Positions 26,783 through 35,700 of a stretch of DNA of 46,899 nt are shown piece after piece (within the stretch, counting starts at the first letter, position 1; every line of letters starts with the position of its first letter). Below the pieces are notes generated by a model, which saw only the letters and a program-made list of their open reading frames with translations, searched no databases and was not told the origin of the DNA. The position numbers and the translations under genes are program-made. This DNA comes from Eubacteriales bacterium. GTDB taxonomy: Bacteria > Bacillota > Clostridia > Oscillospirales > CAG-272. The stretch is from assembly GCA_045643785.1 (NCBI GenBank), contig JAZRFR010000197.1, positions 1 to 46,899 of the forward strand, written 5' to 3'.

Positions 26783-28456
26783 TTACGCCTGCTCCGATTC
26801 GTCCACCGTTTCTGCGGATTCCTCGGCCTCGGGTAACGCTTTCTCCGAATTCCCCTCCTCGCTCACGTCGCCGCCGTTATCGGGAAGCGTGTCTTCTTCC
26901 GCGACCTCGAGGTCTTCAAGATCTTCGTCTGAGGCTTCGGGCACGTCCGCTTCGGGCGGAGGCGGAGGCTCGGGAACGTAAGGCTTGGGGCCAAACTCCT
27001 CCCGCGCCAGGGAATCCAGAATGAGCTCATCCTCGTTTACCTGAATGCCCGTCATGGTACCGCCCGCGCAGTGAACGCCGCAAGCGAGCAACCAAGCCAG
27101 GGTATCGGGGCTGTCGGCGTTACCGCCGAGCAGGGTGAAGCCCATATGGCGCAAATTGTTCATGGTGTTGGCCGTTTCCTGGCTGAGATACAGACCGGGA
27201 TCCAGGCGCACGTGGGTAAATCCAAGCTCAAGCACCCGCTCGGGAGGGAGCTGCTCGTCGGGACGGTAGCCGTCCAGAACCAGCTTCACGCCGTTGCGCA
27301 GGTACCGCTGGATGATCTCCAGGTTGGTCTTACTGCAGGTACGAACCAGCTCATCCGGGATGGTCAAAAGAAGACTTCCCTTCTCGATGGGTTGGTCGAT
27401 GAACAGTTGGTTGAATTTCTGCAGCTGGGTTCCCGACAGGTAGAAGTCGGGCAGCATATTCAGGAGGATACCCTCCAGCTTCAGCTTGCAGTTCTGTATG
27501 CGAACCACGGCGTCGGAGGCTTCGTACAGGAAATACCAGGAAAGCTCCTCGACGAGGTTGGTTCGGCGGAACATGGCGCGCAGCTCCTCGGCGCCCTCGG
27601 TCTCACCGGGCTGGTCAGCGATGCCGCCAAAGCGAGGGGTTGCCTCGTAGAGGGCGACGTCACCGTTCTCGGTGGATACCATGGGACGGTAGGTTAGGCC
27701 CATCACGCGGTCAGGACGCTTGTCGATCAGCGGGATGGTCTTGGGAAGGGTGCGCGTGTAGGAAATGTACTTTTGGTAGATGGCGTAGCAGGCGCTTTTG
27801 GACGCCTTCAGCACCTTGATCAGCGCAGGCGACCAGGCGGTAGCCTCGCCGGCCAAAATGGTTTTGTACGCGATATCAAAGGGGGTTTCGGATTTCGTCT
27901 CGGAAGCCAGGCGGTCCAGCTCCTTGGCCATACCCACGATCTGTGCGATGAGACTGATCTCGTCGCCCTTTTTGCCGTCGGGATAGCCCGAGCCGTCCCA
28001 GCGCTCCATGTGCTGTTCGCAGGCCTCGCGCTGCATCAGCCACGGGATGTTCATGGTGGGGCGTTCACGGAAAACACCCTTTCTGCGATCCTTGGCGTGG
28101 GCGTTGCGCTCCTGCAGAGCGGCTACGAGCAGGCGTCCGTCGGTGGTGTACTTTTTATAGACGGCCCTCTCTTCCTCGGTGAAATCGTTTTGCCACAGTT
28201 GGTATTCCGGGGGAACGAGCGCCTTTCCCAGCTGGTGATACATGCCGCATTTATACGCAACGTCAGCGTACTGACCGCGCATGCGTTCCTCACCCTCCTT
28301 GGTGGTTGCACCGAGGCGGAACTTACATGCCTGCACAAAGAGCGCCTGCGTATACGAGGCGACTCTGACCGACTGTTGCCGTACGGCAGGCGTCAATCCG
28401 CGAAACGCATCGTCCCAGGATTCGTATTCCTTTCTTTGCCAGTTTTGTTCTCTCAC
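26783..28456 (-). CDS. Degenerate HD-GYP plus EAL domain protein
   Basis: ERWDGSGYPDG.KG.EI; YHQLGK where LHDIGK is expected; YRPMV..YEAT and LVLDGY where YQPIV..EAL and LDDFG are expected; GTG 28456 after GAGGG. Confidence 0.8.
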   Translation of the reverse strand: MREQNWQRKEYESWDDAFRGLTPAVRQQSVRVASYTQALFVQACKFRLGATTKEGEERMRGQYADVAYKCGMYHQLGKALVPPEYQLWQNDFTEEERAVYKKYTTDGRLLVAALQERNAHAKDRRKGVFRERPTMNIPWLMQREACEQHMERWDGSGYPDGKKGDEISLIAQIVGMAKELDRLASETKSETPFDIAYKTILAGEATAWSPALIKVLKASKSACYAIYQKYISYTRTLPKTIPLIDKRPDRVMGLTYRPMVSTENGDVALYEATPRFGGIADQPGETEGAEELRAMFRRTNLVEELSWYFLYEASDAVVRIQNCKLKLEGILLNMLPDFYLSGTQLQKFNQLFIDQPIEKGSLLLTIPDELVRTCSKTNLEIIQRYLRNGVKLVLDGYRPDEQLPPERVLELGFTHVRLDPGLYLSQETANTMNNLRHMGFTLLGGNADSPDTLAWLLACGVHCAGGTMTGIQVNEDELILDSLAREEFGPKPYVPEPPPPPEADVPEASDEDLEDLEVAEEDTLPDNGGDVSEEGNSEKALPEAEESAETVDESEQA

Positions 28457-28482
28457 AGCTGTTCCCTCATTTTTTCTCTGTA

Positions 28483-28527
28483 GACCCGTATCCCGACCAT
28501 GCCGGAGCATGATCGGGAATATGGGTC
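28483..28527 (-). other. Intergenic stem-loop after the anchor-protein gene
   Basis: Nested inverted repeats GACCC..TCCCGA..ATGC / GCAT..TCGGGA..GGGTC. Confidence 0.6.
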
Positions 28528-28538
28528 GTCAAATTTAC

Positions 28539-29747
28539 TTATTCAGCGTCGGTCTGGGGCTCTTCGTCGGCGACTTCGGACACGTCTTCCTCGGTAGTCT
28601 CGTTAGAGGTCTCGTCAGAGGTCTCGTTAGAGAGCTCGTCAGCGACATCCTCTGCAACAGCCTCAGTCTCGTCGTCAGCAAATACCTCGTCCTCAGCGGT
28701 CTCGGCATCAGCCTCGTCGAGTGCCTCGGTCTCATCCTCGGCAGACTCGGTCAGCTCGGCCTCGTCGTCCTCGATGTTGTAGTCAACAACGGGGGTATCG
28801 TCGCCTTCCTTCTTCTTCTTGAGGATCAGGTAGACCACGATCAGAACGGTCAGAGCAACGGTCAGAGCCAGGAAGATCGCGAACAGAACAGGCCAGATGG
28901 GGCTCTGCCAACCGGGCTCCTCAACGGGAGTGGTCTCGGCAGGCTCGGTATCGGTCTCGGGCAGTACCACGACGGGTGCCTTCAGAGCGGCGATGGCCTT
29001 GTACAGCGCGTCAGCAGCAGCAGTTACAGCAGCCTGATCATCAGCGGTCAGAGCAGCCTTGGCGGCCTCCAGAGCGGTAGTCAGAGCGGTCCAGCTCTCG
29101 GTGGTGTACTCCTCCTCAGTCAGAGCCTCGGCGGCAGCGATAGCGGCGTTCAGAGTACCCAGGTCGATGGCCTTTGCCAGAGCAGCGGTAGCATCGGTGA
29201 TGGCCTTGGTAGCGGCAGCGATGTCCTTGCCCACGGTGGCGTTCAGAGCGGTCTCCAGAGCGGTCCAGCTCTCGGCGGTGTAATCTCTCTCGTTGAGAGC
29301 GGCAGCAGCGGCAACAGCGGCGTTGTAAGCGGCAACGGCGTCAACGGACAGGGTCAGGGTTGCGTCAACGGAAATGTCTTCCTTCAGGGTAGTACCCTCG
29401 AAGACCGAGGCGGTGCCGCTGATCTTGAGATCAGCGGTCTTGCCTGCGTCACCGGTAACCTTCAGGGTCAGCACGATGGTGGGATCGCCACCCTCCAGGG
29501 AGGTGAAATCGTCATCGAAGGGATCCTTAATGTCAACGTTAACGATCTCAACGGTGGCTTCACCCTCGGGAGCATAGGTCAGTTCAAGGGCGTTGATAGC
29601 CTTGTCAATACCCAGATCCGAACCGGTCAGGGTAATGGTAATGGTGTCATTCTCAGCGGCGGCCGTGGAGATCATGGCCGTTCCAAGAACGCCCAGCATC
29701 ATAACCAAAGCCAGCAAAACGCTGAATATTCTTCTCGATGTTTTCAT
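28539..29747 (-). CDS. Membrane-anchored surface protein: possible cohesin-like domain, two FIVAR-like repeats, TM and acidic tail
   Basis: Signal peptide MKTSRR...; beta-rich ~100-aa domain; YTAESWTAL/YTTESWTAL repeats; TM followed by KKKK and a D/E-rich tail; GGAGG RBS. Confidence 0.75.
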   Translation of the reverse strand: MKTSRRIFSVLLALVMMLGVLGTAMISTAAAENDTITITLTGSDLGIDKAINALELTYAPEGEATVEIVNVDIKDPFDDDFTSLEGGDPTIVLTLKVTGDAGKTADLKISGTASVFEGTTLKEDISVDATLTLSVDAVAAYNAAVAAAAALNERDYTAESWTALETALNATVGKDIAAATKAITDATAALAKAIDLGTLNAAIAAAEALTEEEYTTESWTALTTALEAAKAALTADDQAAVTAAADALYKAIAALKAPVVVLPETDTEPAETTPVEEPGWQSPIWPVLFAIFLALTVALTVLIVVYLILKKKKEGDDTPVVDYNIEDDEAELTESAEDETEALDEADAETAEDEVFADDETEAVAEDVADELSNETSDETSNETTEEDVSEVADEEPQTDAE

Positions 29748-29771
29748 GGTTATTTCCTCCATTTATTCTTC

Positions 29772-32700
29772 TTAGGATTCAGCGGTGGCTTGGTAATCCT
29801 CCCAGTGAGCTGCCTTGTAGGCGGCCAGGTAGGAGTCCTTTGCGTTATGAACGCCATCGTTATTGTAATCGGTTGCGGCGGACAAATGCTCTGCCAGGGT
29901 TGCGTCGTTGGCGGCGTGCCACTTGGTCAGGTAAGTATCCTTGGCGGACTGCTTACCGTCACCGTCCAGGTCGCCCAGCACGGCGGCCGTGAACTGATCC
30001 ACAACAGTCTGACCGTCCAGGATCTTGATAACAGCACCGGTGAAGATCAATCTATCCATATCGGTGATCTCGGTGGTACCGTCAGCCTCAAAGGCCTTGA
30101 CCGTGTAATCGGCGTAAACGGCTCTCAGAATCTCCAGGAATGCGCCAACGGTCATACCGGTTGCGTGATGAGCATCGGCCACGTATACGTTACCCTTCTT
30201 GTAAATGTTGGCAACGTTGGTGTGGGTGTTCTTGTCGAACTCAACCTTACCGTCGGGGTAGTCGTCAGGATCGTATTCGTCGTCGTCTCCACCGGGGCCG
30301 GGATCTGCAAGAACCAGCTTGCTAATGGCTTCGTCCAGACGGGCGACCATATCGTCGATCTCACTCTGACTCTCGGCGTTGTTCAGCAATGCCTTAGCCT
30401 CTTCCAGAACCGCCTTCATGGCAGCCCAGGAGTCGGTAGTGTACTTGCTCTCGTTCAGACTCTCTGCATAATCGATCTTTTCCTGCAGAGCGGAGTAGTC
30501 AAGCTCATCCTCTGCGGAAACGCGCTCCAGCTCTTCAAGAGCCTTCAGCAGAGCATCGGCAGCAGCATCGACTACAGCCTGATCCTTGCTCTCGCGAGCA
30601 GCCACAGCGGCCTCGTAAGCATCCATCATGTTCTTCCAGGAGTCGGTAGTGTACTCGGCCTCGTGATCGAACAGCTCCTCAGCGGCCTTGATGGCGGCTT
30701 CCAGCTTGGCGTAGTCAATCTCGGGATCGGGAGTAGTAATCTTCTCCAACATCCGAATTGCCTCAAACAGAGCATCAGCGGCAGCATCAACCACAGCCTG
30801 ATCCAGGCTTGCAAGCGCATCCAGAGCCTCGTTATACTTGGTCATCATGTATGCCCAGCTATCGGGAGTGTACTTAGCTTCGTCAGCGAACAGCGACTGA
30901 GCGGCCTTGATAGCGGCTTCCAGCTTTTCGTAATTGATCTCGTCCACAACGGGAGGCAGATCATCAGCGAAGATACGGATAATCACGCTTACGTGATCAA
31001 CCTTTGCGGTCAGGTCAACGCCGAAACCGCGCAGAACGTCACGCTTAAAGTTCTTCTCGATGTTGTCACGGGAGAAGCCGTAACCACCCAGAGTGGGATT
31101 GTACAGGCTACCCAGAGTACGGCCGCTCTCAGGCAGATCGATCTTGTTGTCGATTCTGCGCACGATGGCGGTCAGAACCTTGGCATACTTGGCGTACAGA
31201 GCCTCCAGGTCGTTTACGTCGGTGGGAACCACGTCGGCCAGACCCAGATTCTTCAGCATGGTAGCCATGTTATCGCCTCTGGTGTAAGCCTTGACGGTAT
31301 CCAGCAGCTGGGAAACAGTCACAGCATTGAAGGCGACCTTCAGAGCGTAGATGTTATCGGTCTCGTAGTACTCTCTGATAGCGGCAACCAGCTTGTCGGA
31401 GGTAGCGGTGCCCTTCAGGCCGTCAGCCAGCAGGACGCCGAACATCACGGCGTAGTTGTCGTTCTTGGTGAAGTCGATCAGAACCGAGCCGGAACCGCCC
31501 CAACCCAGGACGAGATCCTTATCGGCTGCATCGTAGGCACCCTCAACAGGACGGAGATTGATATCCACGTCGGTGGTATCTCTGAACTGCTCCAGGATGT
31601 CCAGCAGATGCTGCTTATCCTCGTCGGAACCGACGACCTTGATGTTCAGCTTTCTGGTCTTGTACTCGCCCAGCTCGGTATCACCCGAGCCGATACCGAT
31701 AGTGAAGTAATCGTTACCGTCGTTATCAACACGACCGGTGACGATCTTCCAGGAACCGGTGGTCAGATCGTAGGAGAAGAGAGGCTGGTCATTTGCGAGA
31801 GCATTATAGAGAGCATCGAAATCGGTTACGTCGTCGATGATCAGGTTCATGATGTTAACGATCGCCTGTGCATCGAACATATCGCGGACGTCATCGATCA
31901 GCTCCTGCTTTCTGTCGCCGGTGTAAAGAGCTACAAAGTCATCCACACACAGGTTGTAAACCAGGTTGCCGTCGATCTCCAGGTGGTTAGTGGTGTAGCC
32001 GTTGAAGAACATATCCACGGCCAGATCCAGCACCATGAACTTCACGTCAGGAATGCCGCCCACGTAGTCGGGGTTCAGAACACCTGCGTTGATCTCAATG
32101 GTGATGTTGCCTTCGCCATCCTTGACGAAGTTGTAGAACTTGTTGTGAACCACGCCGAAGCTATCCTGCTCGTAGCCGGCCTTCAGCATATCTGCATCCA
32201 GACGGTTGGCGTAGCGGCCACTCAGCACGGTCACGTTACCGGAAACAGTGCCGGCGATGCCGCCATTCTGCTCCAGGCAGCTATCAACGATGGTCAGGTT
32301 ACCGGTGGAGGTCACGTTACCGTTGACGGTGAAGCCGTTCAGATTCAGAACGGTGGTCTTGTCAAAGGCAAGGTTACCGTTGACGTTATCCAGAAGGACA
32401 ACGATGGAAGCACCGGAGAGCTTCTTGGAAGCCAGCTGGCCCTTCTTGATCATGCCGACCATGTCCAGCTTGCTCTCGGCTCTTACGTCCACGTAAGCAG
32501 CCTCGTAATCCGTGCCCATCTGGGGGAATGCGGTAGCACCGGTGATGGTGATGCCGGTATCGTACTCCTTGATGAAGCCGGTCAGGTTTTCGGGAAGGTT
32601 CATGGAACCGAGCAGACCCTTGATGGAGATGGTCTTGGTGATCTCACCGGTGGTCTCATCAAAGGTAATGCTGGTGTATACGTTCTCGTGGCGGTCACGT

Positions 32701-35700
32701 ACCATGTTGAACAGGGTAGACAGCTCGTCACGGGACAGGTCAGGCTGGAAGCCAAAGAGCTTCAGGGTATTCTTCAGAGTGTCGATGTCGGAGTCCTTGC
32801 CGAACAGAGGATGTACCACGTCGAACATGAACTTACCGGCGATCTGCGCCTCCATGGCGTTGATATCGCGGATATCCAGGTAACCGGTAACCAGCAGACC
32901 GGCGAGATAAGCCTCGTAGGCCTTCTCGGGGATGGTCAGGTTCACGGTGGACTTGCCGTTTGCAAAATCAACCGAGAAGTAGCCCTTCAGCTGGCCTGCC
33001 ATGAGGTTGCGGATCTGAGCGATCTCGGCAGATGCGCTGCCCAGGGTGATGTAGAAGTCCATCTCGTGGGTGGTTTCGCCCTTGGTAATCTGCATAGTGG
33101 TGGTAATCAGCTTACCGCCCAGGGTCTTGTCGCCAGTCACAATCGTGCCGGGCAGAGCGAACTCAATGACGTTGCCGTCAGCGTCGATGGCATACTGCAG
33201 ATCATCGGTGCTGAAGCCGCTGCTCATGATGGCATCGATAAGAGCCTGCAGGGAGATCTGGCTGTCAGCGAAGACGCCCTTGCCATCCATAGCGATGGTG
33301 CTGTAACCCGAAGTTACAAAGCCCATAGCCAGGCCTTCCACAGCGCCGGCCAGTGCGTTGGGCTGAGCGCCGTCGATCTTCATAATAACGGAGTACTTGC
33401 CGCCGTTCTCGACCAGAACGAAGGACATAGCGCCGTTGCCGATGGAGTCGTTCAGACCATCGACGAAGGCAACAAGCTCGGAACGGAGCGCAGCTGCCTG
33501 CTCATCCGCGATATCGACCTTGTCGAGAATGATCTCGCAAGTGCCGGTTGCGAACAGAGTCTTGAAGGCATCCTCAACGCCGGTGAAGGTGTACTTACCA
33601 GCGACAACGTTCAGCTTAGTACCGTTGAGGTAGTAATCGAAACGAACGTTGGAATCGGTGCTGGCGGGCAGATTGACCACACGGTCAATGAAGGTGATGG
33701 TCTGGGTCTGGCCGTCCACGATCACGTTAAAGGTCTTGGGGGTCCAGGTAACGGTCAGATTGATGCCGGCCTCGGTCAGCGTAGTGCCGTCGAGGGAAGC
33801 CCAGTCAATAGTAGCATAATCGTTGGTGTAGAAGAAGTCATCCACAACTCTGTCTGCCATAGCAGCCTCTACCAAAGCCTTGATATCGGCGACATCCTGT
33901 GCAGTCAGATTTCCGTGGTCGATGGAGAAGATCTTGGAAACGGTAACGTCCTTCAAGCCGCCGCCGGTCAGGGTTACCTTAACGGAGGTCTTGTCGGGAG
34001 CGTCGACCGAGAAGTTTTCGGTCAGGTAGAAGTCGGGAGCCACATCACCGTAATCGGTGAAGGGGTTGGTCTTAGCGCTCAGAGCGTTCAGCAGAACGTC
34101 CAGATCCTTGGAGACATCCACGCGGCTGTCGACGGGCTGCAGGCGGCTGTTGAAGTCGTTCATGGATGTTTCCAGACCGCTCAGCTTCTCCACCAGATCG
34201 CCCTGGCCCATGGACTCCAGCAGTTCAGCCAAGGAAGCCTCATAAACCATCATGCGGCTCAGGTAGTTGCTCAGAGCAGACAATGCTTCCTTGAACTCTA
34301 CACTGTTCTTGTAGTAATATTCCAAAGCGTCTCCGCTGGCCTCGCAAGCCACAAGCAGCTCATACAACTTAAAGTTGTTACCACTCATGCACGCGGGATC
34401 CTTACCCATTTCAGTCATGATGGACGCCAGTGCCTTATCATCAGCATCGCCGCCCTGAAGCAGGATTGCTGCAGCATCCAGCGTTCCCTTGGTCACAGAG
34501 CCCAAATCGGCCTTTTTGCCCAACAGGCTGGTAAGAGCAGACTTCTGTCCCTGCACATCGTCCCACAGATCGTAGGGCAGAGTGACCAGATTCAGAACGC
34601 CGTCCTCCGGCAGATCCAGCTTGAAGGAAACGGTCACGCGATCATACGTGCCCACTACGAGGGTAACGGAGCCCTCATAGTCCTTGGTAACAGGAGTATC
34701 ACCGTTATTGAAAATGGTGTATGTATCGGGAACCCAGTTCAGATCCTGATAACCGGAGGGATATGCAGTAGCGGTCAGGACGTTGTCCTTGAGCGTCACG
34801 CAACTTGCATCAGGATAACGGATCAGCAGATCCTGATTGCCGATAGTCAGCGCGCCGGAGGTCAGAATGGCGGCGGCATTCTTATCGTCAGCAAAGATCA
34901 CGGAGCTTACCAGGTTGTTCAGAGGAGTGCCAATGTAGGCCTTGCCCTCTTCGCGGGTGATCTCAGTATCCTTCTCAACAGTTACAATCGTGTCCTGATA
35001 GTGCTTCACACCGTTGACCAGATAGTCGTAAGACTTGGAAGAGTCTTCATGACGAGGAAGAACAATCAATGCACCGTAGTACAATTCCTTGACTTCGTCG
35101 TTATACTTCAGTTCAACGTTATACTTGTTGGGATAATATTCAATAGAAACATCCACGTCATCCGTCAACGTGTCGGGAGCACCGTTGACCTCGCGGGTGT
35201 CAAACTGACCGGCCACGTATGCACCGGCCTCGGTCCAAGCGGCAAGTGCCTCAGCCTCGACGCCGGTTGCAAGGATAGCGGCCTCGATCTCAGCCTTGGT
35301 TGCATCCTTGGGCAGAGTGACCGTTGCGGTCTTGGTCTCAGCATAGAGAGCAAGCTTCGAGCCGTCCGCAACGTCAGCCACATTCAGGCGGACGGTGACC
35401 GTCACGTCGTACATCTGCATGTTGTGGCGGATGGTGGTCTCGGCGGCGACCAGGGTAGTCTTCAAAGTTTCGGGCATAGCAGTCGAAGTCTCGACAGCGT
35501 CAATCAACTCGTCCAACTTGATCCACTGATCAGCGGTCAGATCAGTCCGAACGATGTCGGCGGTCGTAGCAACCCAAGTCTCGGCATCGTAAACCTTCTT
35601 GGTTGCATCCAACCAACGCTGCAGGACATCTTCAACCGTTTCGAGTTTCGACAGGGCTTCAGGATCATAGGTCATGCCAAACATAGCCGCTGTTTCCTGA

